IMG/VR virus record: IMGVR_UViG_3300032605_000010
Strand: one strand, 5' to 3'
Length of the DNA stretch: 64,000 nt
Source of the DNA: a virus
Taxonomy: Duplodnaviria > Heunggongvirae > Uroviricota > Caudoviricetes
Shown: one piece after another, positions 29,551 through 39,156 of the stretch
How positions within the stretch are numbered: the first letter of the stretch is position 1
How the letters are laid out: every line of letters begins with the position of its first letter
Made by a program: the position numbers and the translations under genes
Notes under the pieces: model-generated
Told to the model about the DNA's origin: nothing
Databases searched by the model: none
The model's input: only the letters and a program-made list of their open reading frames with translations

Positions 29551-29712
29551 ATCCTAATGTGGTTTGTCAAATATAAGGTCTAAAATCTCTTGGAATATAT
29601 GAAATGAGTAACCGACTACTGCATAAACTACATTGTTTTCGATATGAAAATGGTTATCCATAATTACAAATACACCAATCCAACTTATACAAAATATTAT
29701 ACATTTCATTTT
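29551..29712 (-). CDS. small hydrophobic membrane peptide (~53 aa)
   Basis: ATG at 29712 with consensus promoter 29739-29775 upstream. Confidence 0.3.
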
Positions 29713-29738
29713 TCATCCTATAATTAAAAATATAGTTT

Positions 29739-29775
29739 ATTATACTATATTCGTATCAAAATATCAAGCACTTTA
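29739..29775 (-). promoter_or_regulatory. early promoter TTGATA-N17-TATAAT
   Basis: Minus strand AAGTGCTTGATATTTTGATACGAATATAGTATAAT. Confidence 0.6.
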
Positions 29776-29928
29776 TTCAGGAAAATTATCAGAATTGCAC
29801 ATTGATGGGTTTTTTGAAAATGAAGAACATGGATTTTCTGAAGCCACTTCTATTTGTATGTAAACAAAAATTAAAATTCCAAGAATTATAATTGCCAATG
29901 TTCTCATAATACCACCTCTGTTAAAAAA

Positions 29929-30738
29929 TTAAAGTTCTACATAATACAATTTAAAATTAATGAATGATTGCTCGTGTCTATATCCTCTTGGGTTACACAA
30001 AATTCTTGTATCGCCAACCATATAATCCCAATTGTTGTGAGTGTGTCCTGCTATCCACAATTTTATTTGTGGTCTATTTTCTATAAATTCAGTTAAATCT
30101 GAACAATATCCACCATTCATTAATTCGTCATCTTTAAATTCATCTGCGATACTTAATGGACTTGGTTGGTGGTGAGTAACAACAACTATTTTATTATCTG
30201 GTTTTGTTGCATCATTAAGAAACCATAAAGTATTGTTATGTTCTTCAATAGCATGATTTGGGGTAAATTTTCTGCCGTTTTTTTGGATAAGTCTAAAATC
30301 TCCCATATATCGTTTTATAATTTCTTTTGACGATTCACAATTATCATTCATATCTGTCCACAAAGTAGCACCAACAAATTTAACACCATCAATAATAATA
30401 CTTTCTTTTTCTAATATATGAAGGTTTTTAATATACTTTAATTTGTTTTTAATATTTGGAATTGTTTTATCAAAATCAGAATGATATGATTCATGATTTC
30501 CGGCTACAAAAATGACATGTTTGAATAATTTTGAACATTGTGAGAAAAAATTGTGGATTCTAAATGAGCGAATATTATTAATCAATTCAAAATCATCAGA
30601 ATAATCTATATTCTGATCTTTAAGATCATTTGCTACAAAGATATCTCCAGCAAGAACTAAAATGTCTGCCCCATTTGTATTGTTTATTTCTATGCCACTC
30701 GACTCCAAATGGAGGTCGGACATATACGCAATTTTCAT
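29929..30738 (-). CDS. calcineurin-like metallophosphoesterase
   Basis: SDLHLE, LAGDIF, AGNHE, GHTHNN motifs. Confidence 0.7.
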   Translation of the reverse strand: MKIAYMSDLHLESSGIEINNTNGADILVLAGDIFVANDLKDQNIDYSDDFELINNIRSFRIHNFFSQCSKLFKHVIFVAGNHESYHSDFDKTIPNIKNKLKYIKNLHILEKESIIIDGVKFVGATLWTDMNDNCESSKEIIKRYMGDFRLIQKNGRKFTPNHAIEEHNNTLWFLNDATKPDNKIVVVTHHQPSPLSIADEFKDDELMNGGYCSDLTEFIENRPQIKLWIAGHTHNNWDYMVGDTRILCNPRGYRHEQSFINFKLYYVEL

Positions 30739-30980
30739 CCAAAATTCCTATTAATTAAATTTTTTCCTATTATTATATCCCTATCGGATAAAATATTTCC
30801 GTATACTGTACTAAAAAATTCATCATCTTTAACCATTTTTAATAATTGGTCTTTTGTAAAATCCAATTCTATATTCTTTTTCATATGAGAAAATTTGTAT
30901 GATAATTCTGTATTATATTCAACTGTTGTATCATCAAATTGTATTAAATTTAGTTTCCATCGACTATTAAACATGTTCAA
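30735..30980 (-). CDS. hypothetical protein
   Basis: 81-aa ORF coupled. Confidence 0.4.
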   Translation of the reverse strand: MNMFNSRWKLNLIQFDDTTVEYNTELSYKFSHMKKNIELDFTKDQLLKMVKDDEFFSTVYGNILSDRDIIIGKNLINRNFG

Positions 30981-31224
30981 TTATTTCAATTGTAGATATT
31001 TCTTTTACTGTAATTTCTGATTCTTTTAACACAACACAATCTTCTTTATTGACCCATCGGATTCCATCACATTTTACATTATAAACTCCTTCATGGATAA
31101 TTTGATATCCAGAATCTTCAGTTATTCTAAAATCTACAGAAGCCCAATATATTTCATCAATGTGATTTGCATACCAATATGTTGGAAGTTTTGCTTTAAT
31201 GATTTGAATTTGATACCCTTTCAT
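30967..31224 (-). CDS. hypothetical protein
   Basis: 85-aa ORF. Confidence 0.4.
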   Translation of the reverse strand: MKGYQIQIIKAKLPTYWYANHIDEIYWASVDFRITEDSGYQIIHEGVYNVKCDGIRWVNKEDCVVLKESEITVKEISTIEIIEHV

Positions 31225-31560
31225 CCGACCCTCGTCAATTTACTATCTGGTAGTATTATAAAATTGGTGTTATTAAATCTGATAATTCTCTATCGATTGC
31301 ATCGATCTCTTTTTGTATGTTATACTTTTCTTCTTTGATATATAACATTTCAATATCAAGTTCCGTCATCAATGCTTCGAGTTTGAACTTTTCAACCAAT
31401 AATTTGCGTTCCGTCATCTTCCTTTCCTAAATTTATATTCAGATTCTAAAATCGCATATACAATTAGGGGTGATAATAAAAATGCTACTGTTAAAATACA
31501 AAGTTGTAGAGCTTTTGTAACAATCCAATCTATCATAATATGACCCCTAAACGAAACTAT

Positions 31561-32100
31561 TTATATAAATGCTGGCGTTTCTCTATTTTTCCATTTATGT
31601 AAATGAATTTTTCCCTCGCGAACATATTTTTGATAACTTGCTATTGAATTATTTTTAATGATATATTGTGGAGGCATTGCAGGAGTTGGTTCTGTAAATT
31701 CTTTTTGTTTAATATTTTTAGGAACATTGGTATACAACATATCAACAAGACCAATCTGTTCACATTTATGAACCTTACCATATCTGTAAGTATATTCTTT
31801 ACATAATTCAGATAATAATTCAACTAACCACATATAATTAGATGCTGATTCTCTAGCCCAAATAGCACTGGGATGGTTTATGTGAGTTGCTTTGTAAAGT
31901 AAACTATCCAATTTTGGATCATCAAGTTTCCAGCGTTTGATTCTACGACCAGAAGAAGAATCGATATATTCTACACCATCTAATGCTCGATGAGCTATAG
32001 ATAGTAATTGTACGCTTTCTAATAGTTGTTTAATAACATGTTTATCACAATGTTCTTTAGCACAAAGTTTTGGATTAAGATTAGTATAAAAAATATTCAA
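31561..32100 (-). CDS. hypothetical protein (179 aa); a 63-bp copy of its 5' end recurs at 33060-33122
   Basis: ORF; N-terminus MNIFYTNLNPKLCAKEHCDKH duplicated as remnant. Confidence 0.5.
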   Translation of the reverse strand: MNIFYTNLNPKLCAKEHCDKHVIKQLLESVQLLSIAHRALDGVEYIDSSSGRRIKRWKLDDPKLDSLLYKATHINHPSAIWARESASNYMWLVELLSELCKEYTYRYGKVHKCEQIGLVDMLYTNVPKNIKQKEFTEPTPAMPPQYIIKNNSIASYQKYVREGKIHLHKWKNRETPAFI

Positions 32101-32986
32101 GATCGTGTACCCATTTTAAATTAGTGTCAAATATATCTTCTTCAGTTAAAATTGTAAAATTTTCATGTTGTTTTAACGCAGCATCAAATTTTAATGAATT
32201 TATTTTATTGTCAAGAAGCGTGGTAGGTTTTATTTCAATTATAACATTATAATCCGGTAAATAAAAGTCTGGATAATAAAATTTTTTCTTTCCGTTAAAT
32301 TCATATAATACTCTAAATTCTTTTGTTTCTGCCGATTCAATTTTTATATTATATTCTAAACAGGTTTTTATAAATTGTTTTTCATACGATGATCTAAAAT
32401 AATGACCATTAAGATAACCTGATTTATATCCTCTCCCGCCTTTTCCATTTTTAGGTATTGTGTTTGGTGGATTATCGCTTTGATAATTTAAAGTTATTTT
32501 TGAGCTTATTAAATCTTTCGTTTCTTGTTTATGATTTAATGTACCATTTATTCGTTTAGTATTAATTACTTTTTTATGATGTTCTTTAGAATGTGGAATC
32601 CCACTTAATGCTTCTGATATTTTTTTATTTCTATTTTCAGGTTCAGGGAAGTAAGATAAAGTTGAATACTTTCCTATCATAGTAGTTTGTCTATTTTCTT
32701 CTTTCTTTTTTTGATTAGTATTTTGTATACGTTTTGCAATAGTTTCGGGAGATTGAATCCTCATTTTTCTCCACTCAATTTCACACACAGAACCACAAAA
32801 TTTCCTACTTTGCTTATCAGACAACGTCTGTTTTATTTTTATTCCACAACACCCACAATTTCTGAATAGATCGGGATATAATTCAAATAAAACATCTTTG
32901 GGTATTAAATTATGTTTAGCTTGTAGATGTTTTGAAATCTTTCGTAAAGTATCATGTTCTTTCTTGCAAATTGGACAAATATACAT
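32081..32986 (-). CDS. putative free-standing homing endonuclease: N-terminal zinc fingers, NUMOD3-like motif, C-terminal PD-(D/E)XK nuclease
   Basis: CPICKKEH...CGCCG...FCGSVC; ISEALSGIPHSKEHHKKV (NUMOD3-like); YYPDF...VIIEIK (PD...ExK). Confidence 0.5.
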   Translation of the reverse strand: MYICPICKKEHDTLRKISKHLQAKHNLIPKDVLFELYPDLFRNCGCCGIKIKQTLSDKQSRKFCGSVCEIEWRKMRIQSPETIAKRIQNTNQKKKEENRQTTMIGKYSTLSYFPEPENRNKKISEALSGIPHSKEHHKKVINTKRINGTLNHKQETKDLISSKITLNYQSDNPPNTIPKNGKGGRGYKSGYLNGHYFRSSYEKQFIKTCLEYNIKIESAETKEFRVLYEFNGKKKFYYPDFYLPDYNVIIEIKPTTLLDNKINSLKFDAALKQHENFTILTEEDIFDTNLKWVHDLEYFLY

Positions 32987-33059
32987 CAGTAAATATTCCT
33001 AATTTAAATGATTATATATTATTTATAAAATGAACTTTCTAGAATCATTTTAATACAAT

Positions 33060-33122
33060 GTTTATCACAATGTTCTTGAGCACAAATTTCTGGATTGTTG
33101 TTTGTATAAAAGATATTCATAT
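33060..33122 (-). pseudogene. truncated duplicate of the 5' end of gene 31561..32100 with its own promoter
   Basis: Encodes MNIFYTNNNPEICAQEHCDKH then diverges and terminates; ~80% nt identity to 32040-32100. Confidence 0.5.
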
Positions 33123-33150
33123 TAGTTCCTAAATTTAAAAGTATAGATAT

Positions 33151-33186
33151 ATTATACTTTAATCAAAATAAAAAGACAAGCACTTT
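33151..33186 (-). promoter_or_regulatory. early promoter TTGTCT-N17-TATAAT driving the truncated gene copy
   Basis: Minus strand AAGTGCTTGTCTTTTTATTTTGATTAAAGTATAAT. Confidence 0.5.
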
Positions 33187-33327
33187 ATGCAAGAAAGAAT
33201 ACTTCCGCCAGAACCAAAAGAATTATATAACAGAATTAAACGATCGGCAAAGAAAAGAGGAATTCCTTTTGATGTGACAATTTATGATTTTTATTTTAAT
33301 TGGTCAAGATTTTTCTTTATATAAATA
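33187..33327 (+). pseudogene. 46-aa remnant resembling the region preceding the zinc-binding site of phage HNH endonucleases
   Basis: RSAKKRGIPFDVTIYDF pattern (K/R-KRGIxFxLT) then premature stop. Confidence 0.3.
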
Positions 33328-33422
33328 GTAGATCAATTAAAGATTTTTAATTGGTGGCTTGTCGCGATATTGCAAGTATCCACAAGCTCTAATCATTCTA
33401 ACATTTATTTAAGGAAACAAAC

Positions 33423-34508
33423 ATGACCAGCACAAATACTTATATCACCACAATTCCATACTTTTACATAATACAACATAAAACTTCTAAAAAGATGTAT
33501 GCTGGCTCTAAATGGGCTGTTGGTTGTCATCCTGATGAATTTATGCAACCTAATGGATATCAAACATCATCTAACGCAATAAAAACTATAATAGAACAAG
33601 AAGGATTAGATTCTTTTGTAATTTTAAGGATTGATATTAATCTTGATAATTTATCAGCTTACGAATATGAATCATTGTTCTTACAAACACTGAATTGTGC
33701 TAGATCTGATGAATGGTATAATGGACACAATAATTCTGGTATGGCATTTGGTTTACCGGAATTTTATAAAAAATCTAAACAAACCGTACAAGAAAAATAT
33801 GGTTACGATTTTATTACACAAGTTTCTGAAATAAAAGAACAACAAAAACAAACCCGATATGAAAAACATGGTGGGAATTTTTGGGGTGATGAATCATTAA
33901 AAAAACAAAAACAAACTGTACAAGAAAGATATGGTGTGGATAATGTATCACAATCTCTAATAATACAAGAAAAAAAGAAACAAACCACACAAAAAAGATA
34001 TGGTGTTGAATATTCAACACAAATCCTAGAAGCAATAGCAAAAGGTAGGCAAACTAAACTTACAAAACATAATGGAAAATTTAGAAGCGATGATTCTTTG
34101 GAAAAAACTAAACAAACTGTACAAGAAAAATATGGTTATGAGTATATATCACAAGTCCCAGAATTAAAAAAGAAACAGAAACAAACTAATATAGAAAAAA
34201 CTGGTTACGAATATTCAGGACAAGTTCCTGAATATAAAGAAAAGGCAAGACAAACCCGATATGAAAAAAATGGTGGAAAATATGTTAGTGATGTATCTTT
34301 GGAAAAGATTAAACAAACCCGATATGAAAAAAATGGTGGAAAATATGTTAGTGATGAGGAGATAGAAAGGCGGAAACATACACATTTAAAAAGAATTGGT
34401 TATGATAATCCATCAAAAAGACCGTTTCTTTCTATTGTTGAAACTAAGAGAACGTATCCTAAATGTATTATTTCTAGAGATTTTAAAGAATTTAAACAGT
34501 ATTATTAA
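33423..34508 (+). CDS. GIY-YIG homing endonuclease with ~8 C-terminal KQT-x-QEKYG tandem DNA-binding-like repeats
   Basis: YFYIIQHKTSKKMYAGSK (GIY...YIG); repeats KQKQTVQERYG / KTKQTVQEKYG etc.; plus-strand gene embedded in minus-strand block. Confidence 0.6.
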   Translation: MTSTNTYITTIPYFYIIQHKTSKKMYAGSKWAVGCHPDEFMQPNGYQTSSNAIKTIIEQEGLDSFVILRIDINLDNLSAYEYESLFLQTLNCARSDEWYNGHNNSGMAFGLPEFYKKSKQTVQEKYGYDFITQVSEIKEQQKQTRYEKHGGNFWGDESLKKQKQTVQERYGVDNVSQSLIIQEKKKQTTQKRYGVEYSTQILEAIAKGRQTKLTKHNGKFRSDDSLEKTKQTVQEKYGYEYISQVPELKKKQKQTNIEKTGYEYSGQVPEYKEKARQTRYEKNGGKYVSDVSLEKIKQTRYEKNGGKYVSDEEIERRKHTHLKRIGYDNPSKRPFLSIVETKRTYPKCIISRDFKEFKQYY

Positions 34509-34625
34509 TTGTTTGGCTTATTGCATTTAATAGATCATCTGATTTGCTTTACAATTCTGTAAAGCAAATCGAGCAAAAAATAATTTAACTGAAGAAGAAT
34601 TAAAGAAATTGGGGTTATATTATTC

Positions 34626-35051
34626 TTAAATCGGTTGATTTGGCCAAACTGTTTCGAGTGGAAATCCTGATTGGAGAGTAATGTCCCTCAATTGTTGTCT
34701 ATAAACTTTCCATTCATCTTTCTTTTCTTCTGATAATGGAGAATCTAAGCCCTGTGTCCAATCAGAATTAGATAATAATATCTGTCTTTGATTGTATATT
34801 GAAAGTTTACAGTTGTCTGTTGATATTAAAGATTTTATTTCTTCAACATTTTTCACACCAAGAACATTATTTTTTCTTTCATCAACTTTTGAACAATTTT
34901 GAAATGATTCTAATACTTGATTTAATCTATCTCCAGTAACAAAATTTTCATTTTCTATCGGCAATATTACTTTAAATGTGTTATTAGTTTCCTCAAATAT
35001 AATTTCCAATTCCCCATATTCTGGATAATAATTTATTATTTTATATGACAT
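34626..35051 (-). CDS. hypothetical protein
   Basis: 141-aa ORF. Confidence 0.4.
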   Translation of the reverse strand: MSYKIINYYPEYGELEIIFEETNNTFKVILPIENENFVTGDRLNQVLESFQNCSKVDERKNNVLGVKNVEEIKSLISTDNCKLSIYNQRQILLSNSDWTQGLDSPLSEEKKDEWKVYRQQLRDITLQSGFPLETVWPNQPI

Positions 35052-35059
35052 ATTTTTCC

Positions 35060-35263
35060 TTAATTATTTTCTTTAAAATCCCAAGCTTCATCTGATTTTG
35101 CCTCAACTCTTCCCCATTTTCCTATTGGGCAATATGAATAGCTCCATCTAATTTTAGCCTCAATAATACACCCACATTCTGAACACATTAACATTTTTTT
35201 ACTTTGACAATTATCGCATATTACTTTTCTTTCTTTTGCATCTTCTGAGCTTGCGAATAACAT
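35060..35263 (-). CDS. small zinc-ribbon protein
   Basis: CDNCQS...CSECGC...YCPIGKW. Confidence 0.4.
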   Translation of the reverse strand: MLFASSEDAKERKVICDNCQSKKMLMCSECGCIIEAKIRWSYSYCPIGKWGRVEAKSDEAWDFKENN

Positions 35264-35266
35264 TGT

Positions 35267-35989
35267 TTAAATCATTCCTGTAAATGTATAAGGACCTGTA
35301 TGGGACAAATTAACCCATGGTGCTCCATATATTGTATAACCATTTTCTTTTGCTAATTTACAAAAATAATAATCTTCTGATAATAGAGTTTTTGTTTTTT
35401 CGCAAATACAAGTATTAAAATATTGATATAATAAAAATGTTGGCGCATTAATCGCCAATTGATCTGGAGTTAGTCCATCAAAAAAATATGTATCAACCTT
35501 ATCCATCAAATTAAGAAATACTTCTTTTTTAATTAACATAAATCCAGTTCCTCCGTGCTCAATATTTAATAATGAATTTTCATCTAAATCCATATTATTT
35601 ACACCGCATACAAAATCCCCTGTAAAATTTTTCAGATAGTAAGATTCTACATTTTGTTTTACAGCTTCTGAAACCTTTGTCCAATTTATACCTTTTTTTG
35701 GATAAATCCCACACATAATGTCTTTATCTATTGTCATCATCGTAACGATATCTTTAGGATCAAACCCGATATCCGAATCAATAAACATTAAGTGGGTTGC
35801 ATCAGAATCTAAAAATGCTTTTACTATTTGATTCCTTGCTCTTGTTATTAAAGCATCATTTGTGACATAATGATACATCAACTCTAGCCCATTTGTATGA
35901 AATATTCCAGGAACTTGCATTAACGAATTAGAATAATTTATATTACACATTCCACCATAAACTGGTGTACCAATCATAACTTTTTTCAT
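35267..35989 (-). CDS. putative GT-A fold glycosyltransferase (DxD)
   Basis: IGTPVYGG N-terminal strand, FIDSDIGFDPKD DxD-like motif; co-oriented and 4 nt from glycine-rich gene. Confidence 0.45.
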   Translation of the reverse strand: MKKVMIGTPVYGGMCNINYSNSLMQVPGIFHTNGLELMYHYVTNDALITRARNQIVKAFLDSDATHLMFIDSDIGFDPKDIVTMMTIDKDIMCGIYPKKGINWTKVSEAVKQNVESYYLKNFTGDFVCGVNNMDLDENSLLNIEHGGTGFMLIKKEVFLNLMDKVDTYFFDGLTPDQLAINAPTFLLYQYFNTCICEKTKTLLSEDYYFCKLAKENGYTIYGAPWVNLSHTGPYTFTGMI

Positions 35990-35993
35990 ATTT

Positions 35994-36671
35994 TTACCAT
36001 GCTATTAAAACTGCTCCACCACCTGCGCCTGCGCCTGCACCAGCTCCACCAGCTCCACCAACACCATATCCTGTGCCATTAGACCCACCTGCTCCACCAT
36101 ACCAATTACCTCCACCACCGCCTCCACCGCCAGACGGAGACCCACCTGCTCCACCACCTTTATTGCCACACCCACCTGGACCTCCACCACCACCAGTTGC
36201 TGTGTATCCAGCAAAAGAAGAGTTACCACCAGCGCCACCGGAATATCCGCCAGTACAAGTTCCATAATATGGACCACCACCACCGCCTGCCCCAACAGAA
36301 ACAGCTATGGCTGAGTATGGAGCAACTCCTATTCCAATATTTTGGTATTTTCCACCAGATCCGCCCCCAGACCCTTGGTAACCATCACCACAAAAACATA
36401 AAGCACCACCACCACCACCAGCGCCAAAAATTGATGCAACAATATATCCAACACCCCTAGGAACATAAAATGTAAAATTTCCAGGAGACAAATAATTTGC
36501 CTGTGTAGTTGCAGTTTTACCAAAAAAATTTGCAAATGATATGGATCCAGAAGATAACCCTGCAAGCGTTCGTACATCATAATCGTTTAATGTTCCAGGA
36601 GTTGTAGCAGTTATATGTAATTCTGTATTTATACTAGAAAATGCAATTGCTCCTGATGATTGTAAAGTCAT
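35994..36671 (-). CDS. glycine-rich putative structural protein
   Basis: ~55% Gly C-terminal two thirds; TATAAATA doublet upstream (36709-36726). Confidence 0.55.
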   Translation of the reverse strand: MTLQSSGAIAFSSINTELHITATTPGTLNDYDVRTLAGLSSGSISFANFFGKTATTQANYLSPGNFTFYVPRGVGYIVASIFGAGGGGGALCFCGDGYQGSGGGSGGKYQNIGIGVAPYSAIAVSVGAGGGGGPYYGTCTGGYSGGAGGNSSFAGYTATGGGGGPGGCGNKGGGAGGSPSGGGGGGGGNWYGGAGGSNGTGYGVGGAGGAGAGAGAGGGAVLIAW

Positions 36672-36708
36672 ATATATATTCCAATATTAAATTATTTAAG
36701 TTATAGTA

Positions 36709-36726
36709 TTTATACTATTTATACCA
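36709..36726 (-). promoter_or_regulatory. T4 late-promoter-like TATAAATA doublet (identical 18-mer to 12086-12103)
   Basis: Minus strand GGTATAAATAGTATAAATAC ~40 nt upstream of ATG 36671. Confidence 0.45.
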
Positions 36727-36864
36727 TTTTTGATAGAAAATATCCAAACATAAATGTAATTATTAACGAATTTACAATATATAATAATTCTATAATTATT
36801 TTTCTGGTATTACTTATTATCTGCATAATGATTTTAAGTTGTAGATTAAAATTAATGTTGTCAA

Positions 36865-37290
36865 TTATAAATCTTTAAATGTATCATTTAATTTTTGACA
36901 AACTAATGCAACTTCTTCTTTGACTGTAAATCCTGGAAGTATTTCCACATCGCATTTAATTGGCTTTTCAAATAAATTATTAGTATTTTGATATATAGAA
37001 GTTTCTATTCTATTAACCCATACTGTAAAGTCAGCATCAAATATATCACGTGTTTCTTGAAAAGGTGCAATAAAATCAACAATCACATATTTTGATTCAT
37101 TCGAGGAACTGTTTGCTAAATCGCGCATTCGTTCGCTTTGACGAATTCGTCCATTATGACTAAAATCCCAATCATTAAATTGTTCTCTTACTGTATCTGC
37201 ATTAAACCAAAGACATTTTAATTTTTTCTGTAATGCTTTTGCTAATGCGGTTTTACCAGATCCAGGCAACCCCATTATTAATATTTTCAT
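36865..37290 (-). CDS. P-loop kinase, diverged paralogue of adjacent PNK-like kinase
   Basis: Walker A GLPGSGKT at N-terminus. Confidence 0.55.
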   Translation of the reverse strand: MKILIMGLPGSGKTALAKALQKKLKCLWFNADTVREQFNDWDFSHNGRIRQSERMRDLANSSSNESKYVIVDFIAPFQETRDIFDADFTVWVNRIETSIYQNTNNLFEKPIKCDVEILPGFTVKEEVALVCQKLNDTFKDL

Positions 37291-37754
37291 TTTTCAAACC
37301 TAATTGAATCAAAACCTTCTAGAAGTTCAGGTTTTTCATAACCATCTTTCATTTGTGATATAACACGTTGAGATATAATTTTACCTTTTCGACTTTTCAA
37401 TCTTCGATTATGTTCTTTTTCTTGTGGTAAATCAAACACAATAGCTATCTTTAAATAATTGTCAGGGATTTGTTTTAACTTTAAAGCACGAGAAGCTTTA
37501 TTAATATTTGTTTGATCCCAAACGATATGCTTTTGATCATTTACTGCTGATGCTATTTCTGCATCCATTAGATTTTTAGCAATGTTATAATATTCTGCAA
37601 AAACCTCATTATATGTTTTGTTCAAATTTTTAGCATAGTTATCGATATGTTTATCTGTTGATACAATAGCTACTGTAGAATCAAATTTTTGCTTTTCCAC
37701 CCAAGTAGATTTGCCAGAAGCAGGCAATCCGACCAGCATGTATAATTTGGGCAT
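37287..37754 (-). CDS. polynucleotide 5'-kinase domain (T4 Pnk N-terminal domain-like), no phosphatase domain
   Basis: MPKLYMLVGLPASGKSTW and VWDQTNIN parallel T4 Pnk MKKIILTIGCPGSGKSTW ... SDTNLN. Confidence 0.6.
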   Translation of the reverse strand: MPKLYMLVGLPASGKSTWVEKQKFDSTVAIVSTDKHIDNYAKNLNKTYNEVFAEYYNIAKNLMDAEIASAVNDQKHIVWDQTNINKASRALKLKQIPDNYLKIAIVFDLPQEKEHNRRLKSRKGKIISQRVISQMKDGYEKPELLEGFDSIRFEK

Positions 37755-37984
37755 TATTTTTTTTCCTCGATTAAGTTTTTGTTAGTTTCTTCTACATATT
37801 GATCAAGTTTATTATTAACAATTTTTGTTAACTTGTTAACAATTTCACCAGATTTTGATATGGTATTATTAAATTGTTCACTTTTTACTACATTTTCTGC
37901 AAGATAACCGCCAACCATTAAATATGAAGTTTTTTCTGTAGGTATAATAGTAGAAATACCGATAGATATAACAAATATAATCAC
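37754..37984 (-). CDS. small membrane-associated hypothetical protein
   Basis: 76-aa ORF with hydrophobic N-terminus. Confidence 0.35.
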   Translation of the reverse strand: MIIFVISIGISTIIPTEKTSYLMVGGYLAENVVKSEQFNNTISKSGEIVNKLTKIVNNKLDQYVEETNKNLIEEKK

Positions 37985-38123
37985 ATCAATCTTTAGAATT
38001 TTTTTAATAGTTTATCAAAAAAACCTAAAATAACTAAACAACATATACTTATAATTTCAAAAGCATGAGCTATTCAATTAATATTAGAGAAAACAGTAAT
38101 TGCATAAATCAATAAAGCTAAGT

Positions 38124-38399
38124 TTATTTTAGATCATCCCCTAAAAAATCGTCATTAACATCACCTAAAAATTGGTCGATGTATTCTAATCCTTCTAACA
38201 AATCTTCTTCAGAAATTTTAGGAAAAATTGTTTTCATTACGGAAAGATTAAATTGTTCTAATTGGTCAAATGTAAAATCTGAACAATCATCACTAACATG
38301 CCATAGTGATAATATTTGATTTTCTTTAGTTTCTCCAGAATTTGAATTCCAAAACGTGTACCAATTACTATTACTCCAGCGCGAATATGACACAATCAT
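38124..38399 (-). CDS. hypothetical protein
   Basis: 91-aa ORF. Confidence 0.4.
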   Translation of the reverse strand: MIVSYSRWSNSNWYTFWNSNSGETKENQILSLWHVSDDCSDFTFDQLEQFNLSVMKTIFPKISEEDLLEGLEYIDQFLGDVNDDFLGDDLK

Positions 38400-38426
38400 T
38401 CTCCATTAAATTTAAACTCAAATATA

Positions 38427-38807
38427 TTATACTATATCTTCAACTATTTCGTCAAGCATTATATTAATCATTTGGTGTCGTAGTTGGTTTAAAACATCGT
38501 TAGAGTAAATGAAAGGAATTTGTTGATAATTATCAGGACATCTTTCAACATTTCTTCTAATGCATTCTTGTTCGTAGGAATTTGCAAATTTTGGATTTAA
38601 CCAGAAATTATAATGTTCGGTGGTATGATCAAATAATTCTATAAGGTAAACTTCTCTAGAATCGGTATCAAAATATATTTGGACATCAAATTCCGAATAA
38701 TCTTGAAAATCTAAAATATAACAATTTTTACCAAAACAACTCCAGCAAAATTTTGCACCACTAGAAATCCTATAATCAATTATTTCTAAAGCTTCTTGTA
38801 CTTTCAC
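38427..38807 (-). CDS. hypothetical protein
   Basis: 126-aa ORF. Confidence 0.4.
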   Translation of the reverse strand: MKVQEALEIIDYRISSGAKFCWSCFGKNCYILDFQDYSEFDVQIYFDTDSREVYLIELFDHTTEHYNFWLNPKFANSYEQECIRRNVERCPDNYQQIPFIYSNDVLNQLRHQMINIMLDEIVEDIV

Positions 38808-38961
38808 GAAAATATCTCAATAATATATGTAATCAATGCGTTATATTGAACGAATAAATTATTATACCAATCTAAAATTGCGCTAAAAATTCTACAAAAC
38901 ATCATTTTTAATAATAACATTACTATAACAAATAGTACAAATGTTTCTTCATCTTGATTCA

Positions 38962-39156
38962 TTATGCGCATTTTTTATCGTAAATACGTTCGCCCATATA
39001 ATATGTTTTTGTTGTAATACAACCATCTTTAGTGACAAAAACTTCTGGTTGGTTTTTTGGAATTGAATTTGCAATTACTACAGCATAGGTATAAAACACA
39101 CTACCAATTAATACAACCATAACAAATAAACAAACCAATGAAATAGATTTTAACAA
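38962..39156 (-). CDS. small membrane protein
   Basis: 64 aa, single TM. Confidence 0.4.
   Translation of the reverse strand: MLKSISLVCLFVMVVLIGSVFYTYAVVIANSIPKNQPEVFVTKDGCITTKTYYMGERIYDKKCA

Noticed and set aside
36005-36580. Multiple overlapping ORFs (both strands) in the glycine-rich gene
   Set aside because: GGN/NCC codon periodicity keeps all frames open; only the 225-aa minus-strand frame has start signals and promoter context
38441-38470. gtcaagcatt match to the promoter upstream box
   Set aside because: Falls inside coding sequence of ORF 38427..38807 with no properly spaced TATAAT; chance occurrence
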